From assembly GCA_963588175.1 (NCBI GenBank), contig CAVAGP010000003.1, forward strand, positions 34,871 to 98,870: a stretch of DNA of 64,000 nucleotides, given 5' to 3'. Under the pieces are notes generated by a model. It saw nothing but the letters and a program-made list of their open reading frames with translations, was not told where the DNA came from and made no database searches. Shown piece after piece: positions 29,402-39,250 of this stretch; within the stretch, counting starts at the first letter, position 1, and each line of letters begins with the position of its first letter. This DNA comes from Faecalibacillus sp. Lineage in GTDB: Bacteria; Bacillota_I; Bacilli_A; RFN20; CAG-826. The position numbers and the translations under genes are program-made.

Positions 29402-30607
29402 CTACATTTTGTGGTCAATTTTAACAACGAGCGTGTATCTAGTGTCGATTTGCTTTACTTTTACGCGGATTGCACTGATTGTCTTATCAATTGCAACGGC
29501 ATCGTATTCGAAAGGCACGACAAGATCGAATATAACGTTGATATTGCGTTCCCCGTTCGTGATTCTTAGGTCATGGAACGTCAGTCTTCCATCCACTTCT
29601 TCAATAGACTTTTGGATAACATTCTTAACAGTGATTATCTCGTCCGACTTGTTATCAATCGGATCCATGTGGATTGTCAGTAACAAGCCTAACGTGTTCT
29701 GGGCTTTATTTTCTAGGGCATCGATTATTTCATGCGCCTCAACAATGTCGGAATCTTGATCGACCTCACAATGCACTACCGCAAACTTTCTGCCCGGTCC
29801 ATAGTCATGAACCATTAAATCGTGGCAGCCTAAGATATGCGGGTCTTGAAGCAAAAAGTCTTCAATGGTTTTAATCTCTTCCGCACTAGCAGGCCTACCA
29901 AGCAAATCACCGATTGAACCAACGACAATTTTGATGCCATTGATAATGATGATAACGCCTATGATGATACCTATGCCTCCATCAGCATAAAAGTAATAAT
30001 CTTTAAACCAAAGATATGAGGCAATCATCACAAGAATAACCGCAATAGTTGTGAGAACATCGTTAACGGAATCTGTTGCGCTTGCAAGCAAAACAGAGGA
30101 TTTAATCTTCTTCCCTAAATAACGGTTATATAAGAACATCCATAATTTAACGAGAAGCGAAGCCGCTAAGATTCCGATTGAAATCCAAGAGAACGTCAAT
30201 TCACCGGCCTCGCCATTTATTCCTGAAATTATCTTTTCGCCAGAAGAGATGATAAGTTCAACTCCAACAACAATAATGACCATTGCCACAATCATTGTAG
30301 CGATATATTCAATCCTTCCATGACCAAACGGATGATCTTTATCCGGCTTTTTTGCACTCAGTTTTGCGGAGAAAATAGAAACGATCGATGAAAACATATC
30401 AGATAAGTTGTTGAAAGCATCAGATAAGATGGCAAGAGAGTTCATAATCACGCCTATTGTGATTTTAAGAGCGAACAAGAAGACATTGCAAATAATGCCC
30501 AGCACTCCTCCTAACGTTCCATATTTAGAGCGAATCTTAGGGTCTTCAAGATTCTTGTCTTTTCCGATGAACCACTTCTCTAGCAAACGTATCATGCAAA
30601 ATATCAT
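29402..30607 (-). CDS. Cation diffusion facilitator (CDF) family metal efflux transporter
   Basis: CDF signature LSDAFNNLSDMFSSIV...HPFGHGRIE plus a C-terminal cytoplasmic domain. Confidence 0.85.
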   Translation of the reverse strand: MIFCMIRLLEKWFIGKDKNLEDPKIRSKYGTLGGVLGIICNVFLFALKITIGVIMNSLAILSDAFNNLSDMFSSIVSIFSAKLSAKKPDKDHPFGHGRIEYIATMIVAMVIIVVGVELIISSGEKIISGINGEAGELTFSWISIGILAASLLVKLWMFLYNRYLGKKIKSSVLLASATDSVNDVLTTIAVILVMIASYLWFKDYYFYADGGIGIIIGVIIIINGIKIVVGSIGDLLGRPASAEEIKTIEDFLLQDPHILGCHDLMVHDYGPGRKFAVVHCEVDQDSDIVEAHEIIDALENKAQNTLGLLLTIHMDPIDNKSDEIITVKNVIQKSIEEVDGRLTFHDLRITNGERNINVIFDLVVPFEYDAVAIDKTISAIRVKVKQIDTRYTLVVKIDHKM

Positions 30608-30702
30608 AGTGCGATATGCAAGTTAGCGTTCTCTAAAATTTCCAAAAGAAAAACCCAAGCAAGAGGAAGAAGATATTTGCCTGGGTGTTTTCTTGATTTT
30701 AA

Positions 30703-30807
30703 TTACGCTAGGACGCTGAGGATGGTGCCTGCCACCGCTAGACCAACATATGACACAGCCATCACTATCGACGAAATCGTAATCTTTTTAACAAGTTTCT
30801 TTTTCAT
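30703..30807 (-). CDS. Small 34-aa membrane peptide (MKKKLVKKITISSIVMAVSYVGLAVAGTILSVLA)
   Basis: An AGGAGGG Shine-Dalgarno about 12 nt upstream. A basic N-terminus followed by one TM helix. An intrinsic terminator hairpin follows immediately at 30640-30702. The ORF is missing from the track because it is under 60 aa. Confidence 0.4.
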   Translation of the reverse strand: MKKKLVKKITISSIVMAVSYVGLAVAGTILSVLA

Positions 30808-30896
30808 AGATATAAGTTAGTCCCTCCTAACTACACTCATACTATATAGTTAGTTATGTCTAACTGCAAGAGATATTTTAAAAAAATGAGCAGCTT

Positions 30897-31325
30897 TTAT
30901 AACTGCCCAATTTGAGATAAATATCTTTCAAGGATTATCATTGCCGCGGCGGAGTCAATGCAAGCCTTCTGCTTTTTGCTGTTCTTGTTATTCGCATGCA
31001 ACATGGCTGAAGCCTCAACTGTTGAGTTTCTCTCGTCCACCTTATTGATATCAATCCCAGGGAATAGCGGCTCAAGTTTCTTGATGAATTTCTCCACTAT
31101 CGGAGTCATCTCACATGGGTCGCCCGACGGAAATAATGGAAGACCGATTGCAATGTGTTCAATTTTCTCCAACTCGATTGTCTTAAGGAATAATCTGATG
31201 CATTCATCATAATCTCCAGCATGAAACCTAACCTCTTTGAGAGGAGAAACAAACATGCCAGACCTAGATATGGCAATACCTAGGCTGCCTTTTCCTAAAT
31301 CAAGTCCAAGAATGTTCTTTTGCAT
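30897..31325 (-). CDS. ruvX: YqgF/RuvX Holliday-junction-resolvase-like pre-16S rRNA nuclease
   Basis: N-terminal ILGLDLGKGSLGIAIS, typical of RuvX. Confidence 0.85.
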   Translation of the reverse strand: MQKNILGLDLGKGSLGIAISRSGMFVSPLKEVRFHAGDYDECIRLFLKTIELEKIEHIAIGLPLFPSGDPCEMTPIVEKFIKKLEPLFPGIDINKVDERNSTVEASAMLHANNKNSKKQKACIDSAAAMIILERYLSQIGQL

Positions 31326-31394
31326 ACGTGAATTATATTATAAAGACATATTTTGCGCGAAATAAAGACGGCCAATCGACCGTCTTAATCAGTT

Positions 31395-31904
31395 TTATAT
31401 CTCTTTTTTGTTCTTGTTGACGTACTTGGTGAATCTAATCTCGTAGTCACCATCCATAATAGGTTCTCCAGGGTCAACAAGGACGAAATCCGGATGTTCA
31501 TCAAGGTTGGTGAAGAAGACTTCTGCACCACCATCTTTATTTACTTTTGTGAGCAGCACTTCATCAACATATGGAAGAGTTTGTCTATAGATTGATGCTC
31601 CTCCAACGACAAACACGTCATCTTTGAGCGAATACTCTTTCATTTTCTTAAGGAACTCATCGAATGTGTGAACATTCTCCACCCCTTCATAGTTATGAGT
31701 TGCATCCTGAGACAGGACAACATTTATTCTTTTGGGCAACGGCTTTGAGCCAGGGAATGAGAGCAAGGTGTTCTCGCCCATGAACACAACGTGTCCTCTG
31801 GTTGTTTCCCTGAAGTATTTCATGTCTACAGGGAGATGGAAGAGAAGGTCATTCTTCTTTCCGATGCCGTATTTGTTATCTACGCATAAAATTGATTTGA
31901 TCAT
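31395..31904 (-). CDS. folA: Dihydrofolate reductase
   Basis: Contains MIKSILCVDNKYGIGKKNDLLFHLPVDMKYFRETT, which are DHFR motifs. Confidence 0.85.
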   Translation of the reverse strand: MIKSILCVDNKYGIGKKNDLLFHLPVDMKYFRETTRGHVVFMGENTLLSFPGSKPLPKRINVVLSQDATHNYEGVENVHTFDEFLKKMKEYSLKDDVFVVGGASIYRQTLPYVDEVLLTKVNKDGGAEVFFTNLDEHPDFVLVDPGEPIMDGDYEIRFTKYVNKNKKEI

Positions 31905-31906
31905 AA

Positions 31907-32737
31907 TTAGATTGCCACCGGGATTTTCTTATCGAGTTTTTCGTATTCGTAATCGATTAATTCAAAGTCTTCTATCTTAAAGTCATAGAAATTCTTGATA
32001 TTTGGATTAATCTTGAGTTTTGGAGCAGGATGCTGAGGTTTTGCAATGATTTCCTTAACGATGTCAACGTGTCTATCATAGATATGGGCATCGCTGATAA
32101 CGTGAACCAAGGTGCCCGCTTTTAATCCGGAAACCTGTGCGAACATCATGAGCAATAATGAATATTGAAGAACATTCCAGTTGTTCGCTGTAAGCATGTC
32201 GTTGCTCCTTTGGTTGAGGATTCCATTTAAAGTATCGCCAGTGACATTGAATGTCATTGAGTATGCGCATGGATAAAGATGCATCTCATGCAGGTCCTGG
32301 AAGTTATAGATATTGGTTAAAATACGTCTAGATTGCGGGTTATGTTTCAAGTCATAAAGGACTCTGTCAACCTGGTCGAATTCGCCTTCTGGATAAATAT
32401 GTTTGATGCCTAACTGATAGCCATAGGCTTTGCCAATTGATCCGGTTTCATCCGCCCATGAGTCCCATATATGGGAATGCAGGTCATGAACGTTATTAGA
32501 CTTCTTCTGCCATATCCAGAGAAGCTCATCCAAACATGACTTGAAGGCGGTTCTTCTGATGGTCAGAATCGGCAATTCCTCCTGAAGATTGTACCTATTC
32601 ACAATGCAGAATTTCTTAATTGTGTGGGCTGGGGTTCCATCTTCCCAGTGTGGTCTAACAGGCAAATCCTTGTCAGAGAAACCTGTTTCCATTATCTCTT
32701 TCATGTTCTGAATGAAAATCTCATCTGCTTTAGACAT
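31907..32737 (-). CDS. thyA: Thymidylate synthase
   Basis: Contains the active-site Cys context LHEMHLYPCAYSMTF (canonically PCH) and RRIL...NNWNVLQY. Start placed at ATG 32737 with a GGAGGG Shine-Dalgarno. Confidence 0.9.
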   Translation of the reverse strand: MSKADEIFIQNMKEIMETGFSDKDLPVRPHWEDGTPAHTIKKFCIVNRYNLQEELPILTIRRTAFKSCLDELLWIWQKKSNNVHDLHSHIWDSWADETGSIGKAYGYQLGIKHIYPEGEFDQVDRVLYDLKHNPQSRRILTNIYNFQDLHEMHLYPCAYSMTFNVTGDTLNGILNQRSNDMLTANNWNVLQYSLLLMMFAQVSGLKAGTLVHVISDAHIYDRHVDIVKEIIAKPQHPAPKLKINPNIKNFYDFKIEDFELIDYEYEKLDKKIPVAI

Positions 32738-32845
32738 ATTTATTCCCTCCGTTCTAGGGATATTATAAAGAACCATTTAATTTATTAAAGGGGAGGGAAG
32801 CCATAACTATTATGAAAACGATTCCTGTTGGTTTAGAATATCGAT

Positions 32846-33982
32846 ATGAATTACAGCGCAATAGATAATTACATCGATTATTTGATGACCTCAAAACCGG
32901 ATATGCCTCTTTGGAATATCGAATCAATCAGGCAAGGAAAGAAACCTGCTTGGAATTACATTGATGGGTGCATGATGACCTCCCTCATCGAAATGTATAA
33001 AACAACAGGAGACAAGAAGTATCTGAACTTTGTTTTGTCATTTGTCGATTATTATGTTTTTGAAGATGGAACTATAAGAGGATATGACCCAACTAAATAT
33101 TCCACGGATGACGTATGTGAATCTCGCATTCTGTTCGATTTATATAAATATACGAATAATGATAAGTATCTAAAAGCAATTAAGATTACGTACACGCAAA
33201 TAGAAAAACACCCTAGAACCAAAGAGGGGAACTTCTTCCATAAAGCAATCTACCATGACCAAGTCTGGCTTGATGGACTCTATATGATTCAGCCCTTCTA
33301 CACCAGATACCAGACCGAATTTGGTGGATGCGATTACACCGATATCGTTAATCAATTCAAGAATGTTAAAAGAATAATGTTCAATGAAAAAGACGGTCTA
33401 TATTATCACGGGTATGACGAGTCAAGAACCCTGTTCTGGGCCGATAAAAAAACAGGTTTATCCAAAAATTATTGGCTTAGGTCAATCGGATGGTATTTAA
33501 CGGGTTTAATCGATGTTTATTCTTTTATGGATGATTCAAAAACCCAACAAAAAGCGGATATAGCAAACATTTTCCAAGATTCTATCAAGGGAATATTAAG
33601 ATACAGGGATCCTGAGACAAACATGTTTTATCAAGTGCCAAATTATCCAGGTAGAGAGGGAAATTATCTTGAAACATCCGGTTCTTCAATGATTGCCTAC
33701 GCAATATTGAAGGGGTCAAGACTTGGTGTTTTGCCGCCTGAATATAAAGATGTCGGAAAAGATATATTTGAAGGCATTGGAAAAAAATATATGTCGATTG
33801 GAGAAGATGGCTCATTAAATCTCAAAGGGATATGCCTTGTTGCTGGGCTCGGTCCTGAAAATAACAAAAGAAGAGATGGTTCATACGAATACTATATTTC
33901 TGAACCAGTCGTAGAAAATGACGCGAAAGGCGTTGGACCATTTATAATGGCCTATACAGAAATCAAAAAATTAGAAAAATAA
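32846..33982 (+). CDS. Unsaturated rhamnogalacturonyl hydrolase (GH105 / GH88-like)
   Basis: Carries the YteR/YesR-like motifs WLDGLYM, HGYDE and WLRSIGW. Confidence 0.8.
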   Translation: MNYSAIDNYIDYLMTSKPDMPLWNIESIRQGKKPAWNYIDGCMMTSLIEMYKTTGDKKYLNFVLSFVDYYVFEDGTIRGYDPTKYSTDDVCESRILFDLYKYTNNDKYLKAIKITYTQIEKHPRTKEGNFFHKAIYHDQVWLDGLYMIQPFYTRYQTEFGGCDYTDIVNQFKNVKRIMFNEKDGLYYHGYDESRTLFWADKKTGLSKNYWLRSIGWYLTGLIDVYSFMDDSKTQQKADIANIFQDSIKGILRYRDPETNMFYQVPNYPGREGNYLETSGSSMIAYAILKGSRLGVLPPEYKDVGKDIFEGIGKKYMSIGEDGSLNLKGICLVAGLGPENNKRRDGSYEYYISEPVVENDAKGVGPFIMAYTEIKKLEK

Positions 33983-34007
33983 AGACGGCCTCAACAACCG
34001 TCTTTTA

Positions 34008-34829
34008 TCACAAAAGCTTATTAATCAATTCATGGCTCGAAGAAATGTCATTGCCCGTTACTCCTTCAAATATGAACGTGGCCTCAGGACAATATTTTTT
34101 GGCATTTGCGACAATGAATCCGAAATCGATTATTCCTTTGCCTAATCCGCATTGAATCAGTTTATCTCCTTCGACATAGAAATCCTTTAAATGAAGAATT
34201 TTTATATTCTTTCCAAAGATAGTCAGAGCCTTAATGTAGATTTCCTTATAGTCCTTATAATTTCCAATATAAAGAAGATTGTATATATCAATGGTGACTT
34301 TTAGATTTGGCGAGTTAATTTCATCGTATGCTCTTTTGAGCTGATCTACCGAATAGATGACGTGCCCCCAGGCTGGTTCCATTAGAATTGTTGCCTTGTT
34401 TTCTTCCGCCACTTTAATGAGCTCATGGAAAACAGACACCGTTTCTTGGTACCCCTCCTCAGTTTGATTCTTTGGATTGTATGTCCATTTGTCATCATTA
34501 TAAGAGCCTGTTTCTGTCCCAACATATTTGCAATTAAAAATATGCGCAAATCTCAGGTGTTCTTTGAAATATTCGATGTTTTGGCGAACAAGGTCTTTAT
34601 TTGAATGAACGGGGTTAAAGTAAGCGCCAAGCATCGAAACCTCAATATTGTTATTCTTTAAAATAGCCGCTACCGCTCTTGCGTTCTCTTCATTGAATAC
34701 AGGGTAGTCTATGAATGTTTTCTTGAAGACAAGTTGGAGGTGGTTGAATTGGTTTGCTTTGGCTCTATCGATCAAATCACCAATTGTTCCTTTTGGCCCC
34801 AAGTCATGCCCACGGATACCAACTATCAT
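34008..34829 (-). CDS. Sugar-phosphate isomerase/epimerase, xylose-isomerase-like TIM barrel
   Basis: 273 aa, AP-endonuclease-2/TIM-barrel pattern (HLK, EPAWGH-like metal ligands). Confidence 0.65.
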   Translation of the reverse strand: MIVGIRGHDLGPKGTIGDLIDRAKANQFNHLQLVFKKTFIDYPVFNEENARAVAAILKNNNIEVSMLGAYFNPVHSNKDLVRQNIEYFKEHLRFAHIFNCKYVGTETGSYNDDKWTYNPKNQTEEGYQETVSVFHELIKVAEENKATILMEPAWGHVIYSVDQLKRAYDEINSPNLKVTIDIYNLLYIGNYKDYKEIYIKALTIFGKNIKILHLKDFYVEGDKLIQCGLGKGIIDFGFIVANAKKYCPEATFIFEGVTGNDISSSHELINKLL

Positions 34830-36301
34830 AAAGTGACTCCGTCTTTGAAGATGGCGATTTCTTGGAAGGAATTAATTTCGTTCTTCGTTTTTTCTCCATT
34901 AATGATGGAAACAATCCTATCTAAGAATGATTCAAAGACCTTATCCATTGATTCCCCATCAACGATTCTACCGGCATTGAAATCAATCCATCCAGCCTTA
35001 TTTGTGGCAAGTCTGGTATTGGTAGCAATCTTAACGGTTGGAACGAATGTGCCAAATGGGGTTCCGCGTCCAGTGGTGAATAAGATTAATTGGGCTCCTG
35101 CACAGGCTAAATTTGTGCAAGCAACCATGTCATTTCCGGGACCGTTCAGAAGATTTAGTCCCTTCGTGGATGCGGCATCGCCCATATAAAGAACATCCAT
35201 AACTTTGCTTAATCCCGCCTTTTGAGTGCAGCCTAATGATTTATCTTCAAGGGTTGTGATTCCGCCTTGTTTGTTGCCTGGTGATGGATTTTCATAGCAA
35301 ACTTGATGGTGATCTGCATAGTATTTTTTAAATCCGTTTATCAAATTAACGACTTTTCCAAAAGTTTCTTCGTCTTTGGCCCTATCCATTAAAATTTGCT
35401 CCGCCCCAAACATTTCAGGGACTTCGCTTAAAATGGTGATACCGCCTTTGGAAACAATATAGTCTGACATCATTCCAACAAGAGGATTGGCGCTGATTCC
35501 GGAGAAGCCATCGCTTCCACCGCATTTAAGTCCGACGGTTATGCATGATAATGGCATCTCAACGCGAACATCACCCTTCATGTTGTCGATCAATTCTTTG
35601 CAAAGCTTAGCGCCTTCCTCAACTTCATCTGGTACAGCTTGGGCTTTTAGGAATCTGACTCTCGTATGGTCATATTCACCAAGATTTTCAATGAATGGTT
35701 CAATTTGATTGTTTTCGCACCCTAAAGAAAAGACTAGGACACCACCGGCATTTGGATGGTGAACAATCTGACGCAACGTTTTTATGGTGAATTCCATGTC
35801 TCCGCCCAATTGGGAACAGCCATATGGATGTTTTGTCACTATGATTCCGTCAAATGAGGAACAATCTGCCTCTTTCATTACACGCTGCTTGATGGCTTCT
35901 GCTTGCTCATTGACACAGCCTACAAGCGGAATGATGATAAGAGAGTTTCTAATGCCACACCTTCCGTTTTTTCTCTTATAAACTTTCACAGTTTTATCAT
36001 CTATAAATTTTTGAAGTTCTTTAAATGCCGGATGATATGAATATTCAAGCTCTCCGCTGAGATTTGTGACGATATTGTGAGTATGAACATGATGACCAGA
36101 AGCGATATTTTCGGTAGCGTGCCCGATTGGATAGCCATATTTCACGACGTTCTCGCCCATCTTGATATCTTTGATAGCAACTTTATGCCCGCATGGAACA
36201 TCATCTAAAACTTTTATGTTTTCAACGATGTCTCCGATATATAAATCGGTAAGGGCAACAACCACATTATCGTGTGGGTTGATTTTGAGTGTTTTGTTCA
36301 T
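34826..36301 (-). CDS. uxaA: Altronate dehydratase
   Basis: N-terminal SAF domain plus C-terminal UxaA/GarD dehydratase region. Start placed at ATG 36301, which has an AGGAGG Shine-Dalgarno. Confidence 0.85.
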   Translation of the reverse strand: MNKTLKINPHDNVVVALTDLYIGDIVENIKVLDDVPCGHKVAIKDIKMGENVVKYGYPIGHATENIASGHHVHTHNIVTNLSGELEYSYHPAFKELQKFIDDKTVKVYKRKNGRCGIRNSLIIIPLVGCVNEQAEAIKQRVMKEADCSSFDGIIVTKHPYGCSQLGGDMEFTIKTLRQIVHHPNAGGVLVFSLGCENNQIEPFIENLGEYDHTRVRFLKAQAVPDEVEEGAKLCKELIDNMKGDVRVEMPLSCITVGLKCGGSDGFSGISANPLVGMMSDYIVSKGGITILSEVPEMFGAEQILMDRAKDEETFGKVVNLINGFKKYYADHHQVCYENPSPGNKQGGITTLEDKSLGCTQKAGLSKVMDVLYMGDAASTKGLNLLNGPGNDMVACTNLACAGAQLILFTTGRGTPFGTFVPTVKIATNTRLATNKAGWIDFNAGRIVDGESMDKVFESFLDRIVSIINGEKTKNEINSFQEIAIFKDGVTL

Positions 36302-36309
36302 GTGGCCTC

Positions 36310-37713
36310 CTATTTGTTGAAGCATCCGTCTAGATCATAATACGGGTCTAAATATTCTCTTGTGTTATAGCACATCGTCCTGAATAAGTCTTTTGACTGA
36401 TCGGGTGTAAGGCAATTGCACAATGTTTGATTGGCAAAAGCCAAATATAATCCGTTCAAGTCTCGCCTCTCAATTGCCTCAACCGTTGCATCGACATTCA
36501 AACAGCAGCGATGAACCAGATTGCACACATTGATTGGCAACTCTTTAGCGAGTATTGGCTGAATTTTATCATTGGAGAATATGCAATTTGTTTCAACAAT
36601 GCTGCCTAATGGCATTTGTGGCATCTGCCCGCGATTTGGGAAATTGACATTGGTGACTAAATCACCCATTCCGAGCAACGCTTTAAGTATTTCAACTGCT
36701 TCTTCGCTGCTCTTCTCTAAGACGAATTCCTTTTCGCCGTTAGCCATGGCAATGGTGTCCTTAATTCTTTCTTGCTGTTGTTTGATTCGAAAATCAACCG
36801 TTGTTAAACGGAAACACCACTTATCAACCGTGGCAGGGTCTTTTAGGTACCAGGTTGATGGCATGAATTCAGCGAGGTGACGATCGCCTGCCGCAGCCAA
36901 TACGCCGCATTTATTGTAAAGGTCCATTTTAACCTTATTGCCATAAGCAAACATGTCATCATGCCAAGCGAATCTACCACGTGTATCAGCATATTCATAA
37001 TACCCATCTTCAAAGTATTTCTCCTCGAATTCCGGTATTAACGACAACAAATCAATATCCTTATATCTAGCTTCGGTAATCCACGTGAAATGGTTGATTC
37101 CGCATGCGTCGGAATAGAAGTCTTTTCTCGATATCTTGATGCCTCTAGTTTCTTGTAAGACCTTGCACAAGAATTCTTGAGCATGGAATACCTCGTGGCA
37201 GCATCCAAAAGCTTTAATATCAGGATAGATTTCATAAAGTATTTTGGTGCAAGCACTCATCGGATTTGTAAAGTTAATTACCCAGGCTTTTGGACAAATA
37301 TCTTTGATTTTTTTGGCAAAATCCTCATAAATCGGCAACGTTCTCATAGCCCTAAGAACTCCACCAGGACCTGCGGTATCACCCACAGATTGATAGATTC
37401 CATAAGCTTCTGGAGCGTGAACATCACTCCTCATTTCTTCGAATGTCCCAGGCAATATGCTGATTACAACAAAATCCGCTCCATTAAGGGCTTCGTCTAG
37501 TTTTTCACAAACCTTGTATTCAAAGAACGATTTTGTCTTAGGGTTTTTGTTAATTCTTTCGCCGATTCTTTTATTTCTGTTGGCCGATTCAATATCGATG
37601 TCATACAAGGCAAGCTCACCGACAAGACCATCGGAAAGAGCAAGGTCGCCCATGAATACACGAGCCCAGGCTTTTGATCCGCCACCTATATACGCAATCT
37701 TTATTTTTTTCAT
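36310..37713 (-). CDS. GH4-family glycosidase, probable alpha-galacturonidase (LplD-like)
   Basis: NAD-binding KIAYIGGGS and the GH4 catalytic region GCCHEV. Confidence 0.75.
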   Translation of the reverse strand: MKKIKIAYIGGGSKAWARVFMGDLALSDGLVGELALYDIDIESANRNKRIGERINKNPKTKSFFEYKVCEKLDEALNGADFVVISILPGTFEEMRSDVHAPEAYGIYQSVGDTAGPGGVLRAMRTLPIYEDFAKKIKDICPKAWVINFTNPMSACTKILYEIYPDIKAFGCCHEVFHAQEFLCKVLQETRGIKISRKDFYSDACGINHFTWITEARYKDIDLLSLIPEFEEKYFEDGYYEYADTRGRFAWHDDMFAYGNKVKMDLYNKCGVLAAAGDRHLAEFMPSTWYLKDPATVDKWCFRLTTVDFRIKQQQERIKDTIAMANGEKEFVLEKSSEEAVEILKALLGMGDLVTNVNFPNRGQMPQMPLGSIVETNCIFSNDKIQPILAKELPINVCNLVHRCCLNVDATVEAIERRDLNGLYLAFANQTLCNCLTPDQSKDLFRTMCYNTREYLDPYYDLDGCFNK

Positions 37714-39149
37714 TATTTTAAGAATCCTGTCAATGCGGACTTCATGCCGTTTGCATTGATATCTTTGTAATACCCAAGAACCGTATCATGACAGTTGGAG
37801 AGTTTATTCAAGTCTTCTCCCCAGAAGTCGATATTGCCCAAAACGGATGTGACAACTTCGTCTTCTCCCTTATCCGCTAAACCGGCAAAGAAAGCTAAAT
37901 AGGATGGGTCATCTTTTAAGGCGATAACATCCCCGTTTTCGCGTTTGCCGCCATAGAATTTAATCAATGCAGCAAGAGAGAACATCGCATGTTTTGGCAA
38001 ATATCCCTTAAGTTCAAGATAATCTTTGACTGTTGGTAATACTCTGGCCTTATATTTTGAAATTGAGTTAAGGGCGATAGACATGAGTTCATGCTTCACA
38101 AATGGGTTCAAATAACGTTCGAAAACGGAATTGGCAAACGAAATCATCTGATCCTGCGGAAGTTTGATTGTCGGCACAACTTCATCGAAAACGAATTCAC
38201 GCGCGAATTTTCCAACATTTGGATCTTGAATCGACTCCATAACACAATCAATTCCGTAAAGATATGAGACTGGCACCATACAAGTGTGGCAGCCATTGAG
38301 AATCTTAACTTTGCGTTGCTTGTATGGAACGATGGAATCGGCATAGATGACATTTAAACCAACCTGATCACATGGGAATATTTCCTGGATGTGTGGCTCT
38401 TTATCAAGAACCCACAAATGGAAGATTTCGCCTTTGACAATCGAATTGTCGATATATCCCAATTCTTTCGTAATAGTTTCAATTTCATCACGTGGATATC
38501 CTGGAACAATACGGTCAACAAGGGTCGATGTGAAGTGACAAGCATTTTCAATCCAAGAGATGAAACCTACTTCAAATCCCATTATTTTCGCTAAAGCCAA
38601 GACACATTTGCGAAGTTCTTTTCCATTGTGATCGATGAGTTCGCAGCAAATGAATGATAAGCCTTTGTTCATATCGCCTGCAAAGTGATCGTAACGATGT
38701 TTTAACAAGGCCAAAACTTTGCCCGGGAACGTTTTTGGTGTGACCGCGAAATCCGTATCAGATGAATCTAGGGCGATTCCAGCTTCGGTTGTATTTGAGA
38801 TGACAACTTCCAAATCCTCAGACTCGGCGTATTTCAAAAATTTGTCGTATTCCGAATATGGGTTGATGAAATCGTCCAAAACATCAATAACCTGATGAGT
38901 TCTAACAACCTCACCATTGTTGATTCCCTGAAGGTAAAGAGTGTATAAGCCATCTTGTTTAGCGAGGTCGATAACTCTACCGGAGGCTAAAGGCTGGACC
39001 ACTACAACATGCCCATTATATTTTCCAGAATCATTCATCTTCTGGATGATCCAATCGACGAATGCACGAAGGAAGTTTCCTTCCCCGAATTGCATGACCT
39101 TTATTGGAGCGGTCCTCTTCTCAACGATTTTCGCACTTAAATTTTCCAT
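37713..39149 (-). CDS. uxaB: Altronate oxidoreductase (tagaturonate reductase)
   Basis: Mannitol-dehydrogenase-family N-terminus MQFGEGNFLRAF. Start placed at ATG 39149; the track ORF has a spurious upstream extension. Confidence 0.85.
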   Translation of the reverse strand: MENLSAKIVEKRTAPIKVMQFGEGNFLRAFVDWIIQKMNDSGKYNGHVVVVQPLASGRVIDLAKQDGLYTLYLQGINNGEVVRTHQVIDVLDDFINPYSEYDKFLKYAESEDLEVVISNTTEAGIALDSSDTDFAVTPKTFPGKVLALLKHRYDHFAGDMNKGLSFICCELIDHNGKELRKCVLALAKIMGFEVGFISWIENACHFTSTLVDRIVPGYPRDEIETITKELGYIDNSIVKGEIFHLWVLDKEPHIQEIFPCDQVGLNVIYADSIVPYKQRKVKILNGCHTCMVPVSYLYGIDCVMESIQDPNVGKFAREFVFDEVVPTIKLPQDQMISFANSVFERYLNPFVKHELMSIALNSISKYKARVLPTVKDYLELKGYLPKHAMFSLAALIKFYGGKRENGDVIALKDDPSYLAFFAGLADKGEDEVVTSVLGNIDFWGEDLNKLSNCHDTVLGYYKDINANGMKSALTGFLK

Positions 39150-39218
39150 ATAAAACCCCTTGGCTATTTCGCTTGTTCTGTTAATTAGATTGTATAACAA
39201 AAAATTCCAAACGCAATC

Positions 39219-39232
39219 TGTTGTATACAAGA
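39219..39232. promoter_or_regulatory. Operator-like near-palindrome TGTTGTATACAAGA upstream of uxaB (second half-site-like GATTGTATAACAA at 39188-39200)
   Basis: Matches the 16-mer palindrome found at 40775 and 55446. Confidence 0.45.
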
Positions 39233-39250
39233 CCATTTTGAATAATTTTA

